61,474 nt of DNA from a virus (Duplodnaviria; Caudoviricetes). The notes under the pieces were generated by a model. It saw nothing but the letters and a program-made list of their open reading frames with translations. It did not search any database and had not been told where the DNA came from. Of the stretch, positions 35,296 to 44,925 are shown one piece after another. A program made the position numbers and the translations under genes. Each line of letters opens with the position of its first letter. Within the stretch, counting starts at the first letter, position 1. The DNA is taken from positions 1 through 61,474 of IMG/VR virus record IMGVR_UViG_3300050132_000042; one strand, written 5' to 3'.

Positions 35296-36824
35296 GATAT
35301 CGCGATGGTGATCGCGCCTCCCAGCATGTTCGATGATTGATGCACATTGTAATTGGTCGTCACGCCGAAGCTATTCGTGACCGAGACGACGTATGGCGCA
35401 TTGAACGGCACAGCGAACCCGGTCGACGTATCCTTGAATGTGCTGGCAGTGCCGAACGATGACGGATATGCGAAGATCTTATACTCGCTCGCGCCCGCTG
35501 GGAACGAATACGTGCCTGCGAACCCTGTCTGTAATGCGCTCGACACGAGCCCCAGGACATCGGACGAAATAAGCGCAGTGCTGGCGCTGTCACCCCAATG
35601 CACGCGCCACTCCCAATGGATCGTGAACGTGCCATTGAACACATCGCTGTTCGTGTCAGTGCCCGAGATCGTGAACACATTCTGAGTCGCTACGGTCTTC
35701 GTGATGCCAGCATAGGTTGCGGCGTATGGTGATGTTGCCGAGTGACCAGAGACGAGCGTGACTGATGCAGTCGTGTCCTTGATGCTGATCGTGTTCGATG
35801 ATATGTTCGATGGGTTGCTCACTGACCATGTGAATATAGGATTGACCAAGCTGGTATCGCCCACCTCCAGCACGCCTGTCTGACCCGTGATGGAGAAGCT
35901 GGTGAACACCGGGAACTGGTATGGGTAGAGCAATCGATTCCACATCTGCGTCATGGTCTGCGCCACGAACGTTGACCCGGCAGGAATGCCGCCGATGGGC
36001 GATGGGGTGGGATTGATATTGGTGTACTGATCGCCGGGTCCGAGTTCGGCAATATCGATGACCGTAAACGGCGCACCGGGCTCAAGCTGGGCGACTACCA
36101 TGTTTGGCCCGCCAGTACCGCTGAGATCAGCGCCAGTGCCGCCGTAGCCGACCGCGATGTTCGTGCCTTCCCAGGTGCAATGCACGATGCCGTCGACGTG
36201 CAGGTTGCCGATGACGTGGAACTCAGGCACCGTGATATCGCAAGTTTCGTAGGTAGCCTTGAGCGAAGCGACGAGCTGGTTCCAGGTATCCTGGATCGTC
36301 GTGCTCATCTCCTTGGCTGCTTCATTCAGCGTGCCATCAGGACCGGCCTGGATGTCGACGCCATCTTCGTCAATGATGACCCACTGCTTGGGCGTCTGCT
36401 TGATGCCCCAGCCGCCGATATAGACGCCATCAGCCATGTCGAACTTGCGGAACGTGGGCGGCACGCCTGCCGCGCCCGTGTCCTTCACACTGCTGATGTC
36501 GCTGTCAGCGAACAGGCAGAACCCCAAGTCGCCCTCATGTGGATCGACGATCAGCGCAGACGAGCCTCCCTGCAATCGAATGAATGGGACGCCGAAGATC
36601 GTCGTGTGAGGGATCGATTCGCCCAGCACAGTCTGCTGATTCACCAGTGGCGTAACATCGACCGTGCCTACGACGCCGTTGCGACCATTACTGTGAACGG
36701 CCACGACCTTGACGGGCGTGCAGACATTCACGCGAGCCATCATCTGCTCGACGAGGAACTCCAGCGCGGCCTCGATGCTGTTCTGAGTCGAGTAGTCCTG
36801 TTGCCCAAATACGAGGCCCATCAT
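35292..36824 (-). CDS. Baseplate central spike (Gp138/GpV-like) with a long C-terminal extension
   Basis: VDVTPLV...PF.RLQGG...DP..GDLG.C.FADSDIS...RKFDMADGVY; about 280 extra Thr/Ser-rich residues. Confidence 0.8.
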   Translation of the reverse strand: MMGLVFGQQDYSTQNSIEAALEFLVEQMMARVNVCTPVKVVAVHSNGRNGVVGTVDVTPLVNQQTVLGESIPHTTIFGVPFIRLQGGSSALIVDPHEGDLGFCLFADSDISSVKDTGAAGVPPTFRKFDMADGVYIGGWGIKQTPKQWVIIDEDGVDIQAGPDGTLNEAAKEMSTTIQDTWNQLVASLKATYETCDITVPEFHVIGNLHVDGIVHCTWEGTNIAVGYGGTGADLSGTGGPNMVVAQLEPGAPFTVIDIAELGPGDQYTNINPTPSPIGGIPAGSTFVAQTMTQMWNRLLYPYQFPVFTSFSITGQTGVLEVGDTSLVNPIFTWSVSNPSNISSNTISIKDTTASVTLVSGHSATSPYAATYAGITKTVATQNVFTISGTDTNSDVFNGTFTIHWEWRVHWGDSASTALISSDVLGLVSSALQTGFAGTYSFPAGASEYKIFAYPSSFGTASTFKDTSTGFAVPFNAPYVVSVTNSFGVTTNYNVHQSSNMLGGAITIAIS

Positions 36825-37702
36825 GCACCTCGCAGGAAGTCGGCAGTGACGTGGGATATCCACTGACCGCTGGGGTTGTTGGATTCGAGATGATGATGCA
36901 GACCGTTCACGCGCCAGTAGCCGTTGGCGGGCCGCACATCAGACTGCACGAAGATCTGCCCACCCTGCACGATGCCAGGATTGAACAGCGTATCGAGCTT
37001 GAGCCCATGCTTACCGAAGATGGGATACTCCTTCATGCCGGTCTCTGCTGATACGAGTGGAACCTGCCCGACCTGCTTGCGCGGCACGTTCTTCGGCGAG
37101 ATATAGATGATCATGTCGTCGATCTGAATCTCCATCTTCGCAGCACGGGCGATCTGATTGATCTGTTGGATGGCCGTGCCGGTCAGGTATGGGTTCTGGA
37201 TGATCGCAGTGAAGCCGTTGTTCTCGAAACCGTAGCCGATGGACGAAGCAATGTCGCTGATGATCGTCGCAGCGTCAACCCCGCCCTGATACCCACGAGG
37301 GGCGGCAGGCAGCAGCACAGGATAGTACCCAGTCATCGACTCGATGTGGAAGTACATATTCGGTGGCGACTGGTAGCTCGTCCATGCTTCGGAAATCTCG
37401 CCCTGGTACACGAGCACGAGCCCATTCACATCTCCAGCTTCCACTTTCAGGAACACCTTCTTCGCGCCAGGATACTTCAGTGCTGCCTGCTGGTTCGGAA
37501 TCACGGTAGCCGCGTTCATGTGGTCCTGTGTCATGCCGTAGATCTTGCACGTACAGACATTCTTGGCAGGATGACCTGCCTTCTTCACGTCGCACACTGC
37601 ACGCAGACCTTCGAGGATCAGCGTATTGTTCTTGTCAGAGAACGACGCTCCGTCTGCCAGCGTGATGCTGATGCGCAGGATCTTCTGAGTGAATGATGTC
37701 AT
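36821..37702 (-). CDS. Baseplate hub protein
   Basis: MTSFTQK...IYGM...VEAGD...S.ETGM..YP; position in the tail module. Confidence 0.8.
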   Translation of the reverse strand: MTSFTQKILRISITLADGASFSDKNNTLILEGLRAVCDVKKAGHPAKNVCTCKIYGMTQDHMNAATVIPNQQAALKYPGAKKVFLKVEAGDVNGLVLVYQGEISEAWTSYQSPPNMYFHIESMTGYYPVLLPAAPRGYQGGVDAATIISDIASSIGYGFENNGFTAIIQNPYLTGTAIQQINQIARAAKMEIQIDDMIIYISPKNVPRKQVGQVPLVSAETGMKEYPIFGKHGLKLDTLFNPGIVQGGQIFVQSDVRPANGYWRVNGLHHHLESNNPSGQWISHVTADFLRGA

Positions 37703-38022
37703 GACGTGGCCAGAGTGGCGGTGCGGGTGTACAGATTGATCGAACAGTTCTGATCGCCGAGTGCGACCGAGACCTGCTGATTGGGCACGGCCTGGAGCGG
37801 AACCTGCTGCGCATCGGCTACGTCGCCGCCCGCAGGAATCCAGAGCAGCACATAGCGATCATTCAGGCCCGTGTAGTCGGGGTCGTTGCCGCCCTGCGTA
37901 TCGTTGAAGTACAGCGTGCCGCTGAACGCGAGATATGGCGCACCGTTGATCTGCATCAGGTTCAGGCACAGTGCGCCCGACCAGATATTGATGCCGTTGA
38001 TGTCCAGATCGCAGTACAGCAT
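37699..38022 (-). CDS. Small baseplate (plug-like) protein, apparently circularly permuted
   Basis: DTQG..DP.YTGL..RY core, with VPLQAVPNQ at the C-terminus. Confidence 0.7.
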   Translation of the reverse strand: MLYCDLDINGINIWSGALCLNLMQINGAPYLAFSGTLYFNDTQGGNDPDYTGLNDRYVLLWIPAGGDVADAQQVPLQAVPNQQVSVALGDQNCSINLYTRTATLATS

Positions 38023-38029
38023 ACGTGCC

Positions 38030-38656
38030 TCAGAATGAATGCCCGACGAGCGGGTTGATGGGCGGATCGATCTTGACTGCGGGGGGCTTTGAAGTATGGC
38101 ACGGCACGGTCGGGGCCTTGGGCACTGCCTTCGCCTTCTTCGCTGATGGGATGATGGTCGCAGCCACGGTCTGCGACGTGACCTCAACAACCTCCTCGAA
38201 TGAACATTCGACCTGCACCATGTCAGCACTCTTGCTATCGCGCTTGTATGGAACCTTCACCAGCGTCATGTTCTCGTATGTCTGTTCAGGCGTGATGATC
38301 GTGTACTGATTGATCGACATCAACTCAGTTTCAAGCTGATCGAAGAACGCAGCCACTCGAATGCCGCCATGCACCGCCATCTTGACGCGGATCTTGCGTG
38401 GTTCATTCACCTTGTTGTAGGTGGCGAAACCGCCGCGCTCGACCGGAAACGACGAGAGCTTCTGCGCGTGCTCGTATGGGATCGACACGATGGTATCAAT
38501 GTCGAACACAGGAGCGCCGAATGCGTCTCCCTTGTAGAACACCCCCCAGGTATTCAGGAAATCAGCCGACACCGGGAACTGCTTCGGTGGTACCGGCTGA
38601 TTCAGGAACGGAAGCCTGATGGTGGGGATCTGGAATGGCGGAAGGAAATCGATCAT
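38030..38656 (-). CDS. Tail tube initiator / baseplate protein
   Basis: SFPVERGGFATYNKV.EP...I.TPE..Y.NMT; follows the tape measure gene. Confidence 0.75.
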   Translation of the reverse strand: MIDFLPPFQIPTIRLPFLNQPVPPKQFPVSADFLNTWGVFYKGDAFGAPVFDIDTIVSIPYEHAQKLSSFPVERGGFATYNKVNEPRKIRVKMAVHGGIRVAAFFDQLETELMSINQYTIITPEQTYENMTLVKVPYKRDSKSADMVQVECSFEEVVEVTSQTVAATIIPSAKKAKAVPKAPTVPCHTSKPPAVKIDPPINPLVGHSF

Positions 38657-38657
38657 G

Positions 38658-40244
38658 TCAGTGCCCCGTGTTCGCGTGTGCTGCTATGCGGCTGGCCCAC
38701 TCGCTGTTCATCGCGTCTGAGAACGCCGCAGCATGTTCGGCGGGATCAGTGCTTGGCGTGTGGATGTGAACCTGCTCGACTCGGAATGATGGCAAGCCAC
38801 CCATGCCGAGACTGGCGGGAATCTGCTGAGTGCGCTCAAGATTGTAATCAGCCGTGAAGAACTGTTCCTGAAGCTGCTGCTGTTTGGGGCTGATCGCGGT
38901 CATGTTGAACGGCGATGCTGCTGGCACAGTAAGCGCTTTCATCGTGTCGGGCGTGATCGCGCGAGCAATATCATTGGCCAGCAGATGAGCGCCGCCGATC
39001 ATGTTCTTCAGGAAGTGGACGATCTTGTACGGGATGTCGAACACCTCCCATAGCAGTTGGCGGAAGAATCGCATAAGCGCATCTTTGAATAGCTCCATCA
39101 CCTTGTTAGCGTGATGCTCAGCTTCCAGTTCATTGCCAGCGAAGAACGCCTTATACATCAAGGTCAGTTCCGAGAGCCCCTCCTTGGCTACCTGGAGTGT
39201 GCCTCTGCTGCCTGGGATCAGTGCTTCAGCCAGTGGCAACCACTTGTCCCATTCGACGTACATCTCGTATGCGCCTGCGCCAAGCAACCCAATGGCCACA
39301 GACGCAGCCGCAACTGTGGCCATGACCGGCGACAACGTGAGCGTGAGGCCAGCGGCGGCAATCGCAGCGGCAGTGAGCCCAGTCGCCATGCCGATGAATG
39401 CGGCTTTCATTCCATCGGGGTGCTGCTTAGCCCACAAGCCGATCTTCTCCAGCACGTCTGAGATCACCTTGAGCGCTGGCATGACGATCCCCATGATCGT
39501 GTCACGGGCGAGGCTCTTGCCCATCAGCCCCAGCGCGTTCCACTGCTCCTTCAGTTGCTCTGATGCGTTCGCTTCCTGCTGCGTGAACATGCCGAGTGAT
39601 GCCGCCTTGTTCTTCAGTTCTTCGATGCCTTCAGACCCCTTGCGAAGAACACGGATGAACGCTTCGTCCAAACCAATGCGCGAGCCGAGCCGGTTCGCTT
39701 CCATCAGCGGCATCTCTTTCATCTTCGTCGAAAGCTGATCGAGCACTTCGAGGATGTCTGCCTTCTTGCCCTTGGCTAGTCCGGTGATGCCCGCAGCCTG
39801 AAGCACCTTCAACGCGCGCTCGGCACGCGGCAGGTTCTTCTCGATATCGACGAGCGAGCCGCCGAGACCCTTCATGCTCTGCTGGAAACCTTCGACTGTG
39901 CCATCAGCCAGAACGACTGCGCCCTGCCACTTCTGCACTTCCTCGATGTTGAGCCCAAGCATCTCGGTGAGACGGCTGGTGCTGATTTCTGCTTCCATCG
40001 TGCCCTTGACGAACTCCTTCATCTCCATGCCGCCTGCGATGAACGCGAAGAACGTCGCAGCCTTCTCAAGCATGTGATCGTAGAACTCGCCTGCGACAGC
40101 ACCTTGCTCGCTGATCTCCCGTGCTGATTCCTTGGCCTGCACTTCGAGATGCTTGAGGCTGGTCGTGGCTTCAGCCTCACCCTGCTTCACAGCCTTGGTG
40201 TCGAGCCCGAGAGTGAGCAGAAGCGATTCTATGATTGTCGGCAT
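38658..40244 (-). CDS. Tail tape measure protein
   Basis: MPTIIESLLLTLGLD; helical, Ala/Leu-rich with hydrophobic segments; follows the chaperone genes. Confidence 0.85.
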   Translation of the reverse strand: MPTIIESLLLTLGLDTKAVKQGEAEATTSLKHLEVQAKESAREISEQGAVAGEFYDHMLEKAATFFAFIAGGMEMKEFVKGTMEAEISTSRLTEMLGLNIEEVQKWQGAVVLADGTVEGFQQSMKGLGGSLVDIEKNLPRAERALKVLQAAGITGLAKGKKADILEVLDQLSTKMKEMPLMEANRLGSRIGLDEAFIRVLRKGSEGIEELKNKAASLGMFTQQEANASEQLKEQWNALGLMGKSLARDTIMGIVMPALKVISDVLEKIGLWAKQHPDGMKAAFIGMATGLTAAAIAAAGLTLTLSPVMATVAAASVAIGLLGAGAYEMYVEWDKWLPLAEALIPGSRGTLQVAKEGLSELTLMYKAFFAGNELEAEHHANKVMELFKDALMRFFRQLLWEVFDIPYKIVHFLKNMIGGAHLLANDIARAITPDTMKALTVPAASPFNMTAISPKQQQLQEQFFTADYNLERTQQIPASLGMGGLPSFRVEQVHIHTPSTDPAEHAAAFSDAMNSEWASRIAAHANTGH

Positions 40245-40247
40245 GTG

Positions 40248-40484
40248 CTACCTCATTTTCTTTCGTGCTCGCTTGATCGACTCACGTTCGTTCGCATTGT
40301 CGACCAGCATGATCTCAAGCATGTCGTACGCGTCCTGCACCCCATAGACGGTCTGAAGCTCGTGGAGTGTCGCCATCCCTTCGCCAACGAGCCACCCGAT
40401 GAGGGGCGGCACGTTGACGTACTTGTACTTTACTGGCTCTCCTTTTGGGCCGAGGTTGGGAAACTCTCGGCCATGGAAAAACCC
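40248..40484 (-). CDS. Tail assembly chaperone, frameshift extension (gpGT-like)
   Basis: ATLHELQTVYGVQDAYDMLEI; reached by -1 slip at G GGT TTT (40484-40478). Confidence 0.75.
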   Translation of the reverse strand, partial: GFFHGREFPNLGPKGEPVKYKYVNVPPLIGWLVGEGMATLHELQTVYGVQDAYDMLEIMLVDNANERESIKRARKKMR

Positions 40485-40873
40485 AGTTGCAGTCCAAGCC
40501 ACCCCCTGCGAATGGTGAGCAGTGTTTTCACTTCTTCGATGGCTTCAGAGTTCGCAGACAGCGGAAGGATCACGAGCGGGTTGCTGGGAGTGGGTACGTA
40601 CTGCACGCAGCCCATCATCTCGTCGAGCAGAGGCTCCAGCGTTTCCCACTTCGCTTTGGCGATGGCAAGCATGACGAGCGGTGCGAGCTTGGCCGATGAC
40701 GCGGTTTTGAAATCGAATCCTTCAGGCACTTCCATGCCACCTTCAGCAGCGGCGAGCAGCAGACGCGTGGCCCACTTCTCTCCCTGGAATGGGGGCATCT
40801 CAGTGATGAGGTATCCCTTGCCCTTGTCGCGCCCTTCATCGACTATCGTAACCAGCTTCGTGTTGCGTGCCAT
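40430..40873 (-). CDS. Tail assembly chaperone (gpG-like)
   Basis: GRDKGK.YLITEM...LLDEMMGCV...IEEVKTL; lies between tube and tape measure genes. Confidence 0.8.
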   Translation of the reverse strand: MARNTKLVTIVDEGRDKGKGYLITEMPPFQGEKWATRLLLAAAEGGMEVPEGFDFKTASSAKLAPLVMLAIAKAKWETLEPLLDEMMGCVQYVPTPSNPLVILPLSANSEAIEEVKTLLTIRRGWLGLQLGFSMAESFPTSAQKESQ

Positions 40874-40884
40874 CGCCTAGCTCC

Positions 40885-41331
40885 TTATGAAAGCGGGTTG
40901 ACCTGAACGATCTGCCATGTGATCTCGAACTCCTGCGGGCTGAGGATCTTCTTGGCAGACGGGATCGGCGTGTAGTTGGTGAGCCAGCCGGTCGTGCAGA
41001 TGAAGCTCTTGCCGATGCCGGGGAGCGCGATCACAGCGGACGCGGAGTATGACTTGCGCGAAAGCTGCTGCGCAGTGTACCACGCGTCGAAGATCGGGAT
41101 CGACGGGCTATCAGGTGACAGGTGGATCTTCTGCACGACGGCAGCATAGACCATGCCGCCGCTCAGCGTGCCATCGGCACCCATCACCACTTCGGTCGGC
41201 TTGACCGCGTCGGTGTCGAACATATCATCGGGCGCGAAGCCCTTGATGGCGATGGGCGGGCCGAACAGATCGGAGATCGTGAGGATGAAACTCGCGCTCG
41301 CGGCTTCAATCGTCTTGTTGAATAGCGACAT
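40885..41331 (-). CDS. Tail tube protein
   Basis: GFAPDD...MGADG.LSGG...LSPDSPS...ITWQ. Confidence 0.85.
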   Translation of the reverse strand: MSLFNKTIEAASASFILTISDLFGPPIAIKGFAPDDMFDTDAVKPTEVVMGADGTLSGGMVYAAVVQKIHLSPDSPSIPIFDAWYTAQQLSRKSYSASAVIALPGIGKSFICTTGWLTNYTPIPSAKKILSPQEFEITWQIVQVNPLS

Positions 41332-41334
41332 GGC

Positions 41335-41475
41335 CTATCCTTTCTTCATGGCCGCAAGTGCGGCATTGGCGGCATCGAGATCGGCATTGATCTTGGTGCT
41401 GTTCTTCTTCTCGATCAGGACGCCTGCGATGACGCCAACAAGCACACCCACAAGAAAAACGTAGACATAACTCAT
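41335..41475 (-). CDS. 46-aa single-TM protein between sheath and tube
   Basis: Own translation MSYVYVFLVGVLVGVIAGVLIEKKNSTKINADLDAANAALAAMKKG; GGGGG RBS. Confidence 0.6.
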   Translation of the reverse strand: MSYVYVFLVGVLVGVIAGVLIEKKNSTKINADLDAANAALAAMKKG

Positions 41476-41486
41476 GACGACCCCCT

Positions 41487-42992
41487 TCACTGAATGTCAA
41501 TTGAGTTGAGGACGATCTGCTGAATGCTGCCGCCATCGGTGTACCAGAGATTGCATGCCGGTGATAGTCTCTGCCCCCGCACCGTGGGATCAGTGACAGG
41601 AACAACCTGGAAGAAGTAGCCGTTGTTCTGGAGCGGCGAACTGATGTCTAAGCCAGCCTGAGAATTGACTAGAGAAAGTTGAAGGGGGGAAAGAGCAACG
41701 CCAGTACGGATAACGCCATTCTGAAGCGCCTGAGTGATTGGGCCCTGAGCCGCCGCCGCAATCATGGAGTACCCCTCAGTGTTGTATGGCAGAGAATTGA
41801 CCTGGGCGAACAACTCCATAAGAGAAAGCTGGAGCGCATTGTTCAACCAAATAGCATCGACATATTCATCAATCCACAGATTGTTGCCACTGATTTGTCC
41901 GTTGTAGAATAGCAAGAACTGCTGATCAGCAGTGGCGTAGTCACCATAAAAGCTGTAGCCGTTGTCTTGAAGATTAGCAGCAGTAACGGGGTCAGTGACC
42001 TTCAAGAGAAGATTGGGGTTCCCCTTGAACGCATAACTAATACGACCATTAAGCGCGTTGAAGTTAATCGCCGCAGTGACACCAAGCACGAAGGCGGCAA
42101 GCTCAGGGCCATCAATTACATTAGGCGCCGCGCCAGCCCATACAGCAGCAGTTCCATTGGGCTGATTATCAGCGAGCCACTTGCCAAACCCAGTGAACGT
42201 TCCAGACGTTTCAGCAGCAGTCGGATCATTGTCCCACCCCACGTACATATATCGGCCCCTACTACCTGATGCCCACTCGGAGAATGCTTCCATATCAGCG
42301 GAATCAGGGAGGAACGTCGTAGCGAAGCTCACCCAGTTCTGAGTGTAGTTCACCAACGCATTCATGAACGTGGTGGGGTCGGTCATTGCTGCTCCCTGTG
42401 AGAGTGTCCCTCCGGTGTCCTGAGTGAAGCCTAGAGCAGCGGCCATCGTGCCCGTGGCGAAGGTGATCGTGCTGAGTGCGCCGGTCGTGTTGCTGGTGCA
42501 GATGAACGCATTGATCGTGCTGTCGTAGGAGATCGTCGCGAGAGGCAACGAGAGTGCAGTAGTCAGGTCAGTCGCGATGCTGGCAAGACTCGCTTCAGTG
42601 CTGAGATCGATGGAAGAAATAGCCGATACACTACCATCAACGGTAATAGATAGGCTACCAGATGTGAACGTCTTCAGAGTAGCGAGTGTTGCAGCTGGGC
42701 CACCAAGTAGAAATGCCGCAATGGCGACTTCAGGGTACCGCGCAAACAACAACGACGCTGGGACTTGAGTGGCACCATTATACCCCAAGAAATAGATCTG
42801 CGCCATCTTCGCCTCGATGCTATTCGAGCCAAAGAATGCGGCGACTGACGCGTAGTTGGGGAACGAGATGGGCGGGCCAGCCGCGACATCGGGATTAGTA
42901 CTCAAGATCACACCAGTAAACTTGAGTGGGTTTCCCCCAGCACCAACTACTCCGGGGATGACGTTAACGAGATTTGAAGCTGGGATCGACAC
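41487..42992 (-). CDS. Tail sheath protein (DUF3383-like)
   Basis: MSIPASNLVNVIPGV...QNW.SF...NGYSFYG.YATA...WYTDGGSIQ. Confidence 0.9.
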   Translation of the reverse strand: MSIPASNLVNVIPGVVGAGGNPLKFTGVILSTNPDVAAGPPISFPNYASVAAFFGSNSIEAKMAQIYFLGYNGATQVPASLLFARYPEVAIAAFLLGGPAATLATLKTFTSGSLSITVDGSVSAISSIDLSTEASLASIATDLTTALSLPLATISYDSTINAFICTSNTTGALSTITFATGTMAAALGFTQDTGGTLSQGAAMTDPTTFMNALVNYTQNWVSFATTFLPDSADMEAFSEWASGSRGRYMYVGWDNDPTAAETSGTFTGFGKWLADNQPNGTAAVWAGAAPNVIDGPELAAFVLGVTAAINFNALNGRISYAFKGNPNLLLKVTDPVTAANLQDNGYSFYGDYATADQQFLLFYNGQISGNNLWIDEYVDAIWLNNALQLSLMELFAQVNSLPYNTEGYSMIAAAAQGPITQALQNGVIRTGVALSPLQLSLVNSQAGLDISSPLQNNGYFFQVVPVTDPTVRGQRLSPACNLWYTDGGSIQQIVLNSIDIQ

Positions 42993-43047
42993 GGTTTAGC
43001 TCCTGTGTGATTGGTTGGACTGCTGCTCTTGCATCATGCTGAGTACC

Positions 43048-44925
43048 CTATCCGACTGCTATGTTTCCATCAGGCGCGTTGAAGTTGTAGACATTGATGA
43101 CGATGTACTGGTACGCCAGCGTCACGACAATCGAGTCACCCGGATTGGCATCTTCATTAACAGAGAACGTAAGCACGTCGGTATTCTGCCCGCTGGTGAT
43201 CGTGCAATTTGGAGAAATGCCCCAAGTCATGAATGTCGGCTGCGTGCCATTCATGGTGCCCCCTGGATGGCCGCAATTCTGCCCCGTGACAGTGACCCCT
43301 GTCTCTCCGGGGACAGGACTCGGGTTAGAAAAATTCATTGCGAAGTCAGACGCCGGGTTCCAGCACGCCCCCGAGCACGAGAATGATTGCCCCGTGTAGA
43401 CGCCCCCCGTGACGTCCAGTTGAACTGAATACGGAGCGCCACTGCTATACCCGACCTGCGGCTCAAGCATCGCTTCGGTCGTGCCCTGGCCAGAAACCAC
43501 TACCGCGCTGCCATCGGGACTTGACCATGTCCCCGTGTCAGAATGATTGAGCGGAGCAAGACACATGGCCATCCCGCCCATTCCGGAGAACAGAAGTTCT
43601 GGAAATGCTAGTCCCCCTGGGATTGGTGGTGCGTTGCCGAACGTTGAACTGTGCAGGATAGAGCCATCGGGTAGCATCTCGCCGATCCCAGTACCGGGGC
43701 TGCCAAGCCAGCCGGATGGTAGCGTGTTCACGTCGACACCTTGGTACTGCAAGACGCCCGTGACGGGGTTCACATTGAGTTCGTACGAGAAGACTTCGCC
43801 ACCATCAGTAACGAGCCCGTACTGAGGCCCCTGGAACTCTACCTGCGACACCAACATCGCTCGACCACCTGTCGGGAAACAAGTACCCTGCTGCTGATTC
43901 GGGGCGAAGTCGAACAGCCCAGTGTACGCTTCGGCCTGCCACACATCACCGATGTTTTCCAGAATCCCCGTGGAGCCTGGGGTGGCGTCCATGCCCCATA
44001 GGTCAGAACCGGCAAAGCTGAAGAACCCCGAGATAGATACTCCTTCAGGGTTGCTTTGCAATGGGTTCCACACATCTCCAATGAGTGCGTAGTTGTTTCC
44101 GGCGTGTCGATCATAGACGACGAGAGCACTTCTGCCATCTGCCGCCCATACGAAACAAGGTTGCGGGCTGAATGATCCTTCACCACCTTGATAAAGAACG
44201 AGGATGGGGCTCCATGATCCGCTGGTGCCGGTCCAATACGCGAACGAGTGGTTGTTGATTCCAAGAATGGAGACGATGTCGTTCAGATCAACGGCCACCC
44301 ACGGGAACCCGCCGAAGTTCCACGTCTCAGTTTCAAACGTGGTGTCAGTCGGCAGCACAATCTCGTCCCATGCACCGCCCCCCACTGATGCATCGGTGGC
44401 GCGCATCCAGATATGCGGCACACCGCTGACGAACCCGAACACGTAAACGAACGCAGCGGTCGCAATGATGCCCGCATTGCGGTCAGTCGTCGAATCCAAC
44501 GTGAGCGGCAACGCAGCCCACAGTACATCAGTGGCCGCTCCATCCCATCTGTTCACGGTTGCCAGATCGGGATTCAGATGGAAGATGTGCGAGTGGTCTA
44601 CTGCTGATGCACGATCAGAAAGATAATAGTACGTCGACGTTTCAGGAGGCGGCGGACCACCCCCACCATAAAATGCGAAAAACAATGTGCTGGGGGTCTT
44701 GCTCGCATTCGTGAATGCGTCGAAGTACACTCTGGCCATTCTTGCTTCTTTGCTGTTCGCACCGAAGAACGTGGCCACCGCGTCATAGCTGGTGAACTTC
44801 GTCGGCGCACCCGCAGGGCAGGCGATGTTGTTGGTCAAGATCATGCCGTTCATGTCGAGAGGGTTGCCGCCCGCACCGAGCACGCTTGGAATGACGTTGA
44901 CCAGATTCGATGCTGGAATGCTCAT
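43048..44925 (-). CDS. Sheath N-terminal domain fused to beta-rich/Ig-like domains
   Basis: First ~86 aa are paralogous to the sheath, then GGGGPPPP and an unrelated aromatic, beta-rich region. Confidence 0.75.
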   Translation of the reverse strand: MSIPASNLVNVIPSVLGAGGNPLDMNGMILTNNIACPAGAPTKFTSYDAVATFFGANSKEARMARVYFDAFTNASKTPSTLFFAFYGGGGPPPPETSTYYYLSDRASAVDHSHIFHLNPDLATVNRWDGAATDVLWAALPLTLDSTTDRNAGIIATAAFVYVFGFVSGVPHIWMRATDASVGGGAWDEIVLPTDTTFETETWNFGGFPWVAVDLNDIVSILGINNHSFAYWTGTSGSWSPILVLYQGGEGSFSPQPCFVWAADGRSALVVYDRHAGNNYALIGDVWNPLQSNPEGVSISGFFSFAGSDLWGMDATPGSTGILENIGDVWQAEAYTGLFDFAPNQQQGTCFPTGGRAMLVSQVEFQGPQYGLVTDGGEVFSYELNVNPVTGVLQYQGVDVNTLPSGWLGSPGTGIGEMLPDGSILHSSTFGNAPPIPGGLAFPELLFSGMGGMAMCLAPLNHSDTGTWSSPDGSAVVVSGQGTTEAMLEPQVGYSSGAPYSVQLDVTGGVYTGQSFSCSGACWNPASDFAMNFSNPSPVPGETGVTVTGQNCGHPGGTMNGTQPTFMTWGISPNCTITSGQNTDVLTFSVNEDANPGDSIVVTLAYQYIVINVYNFNAPDGNIAVG

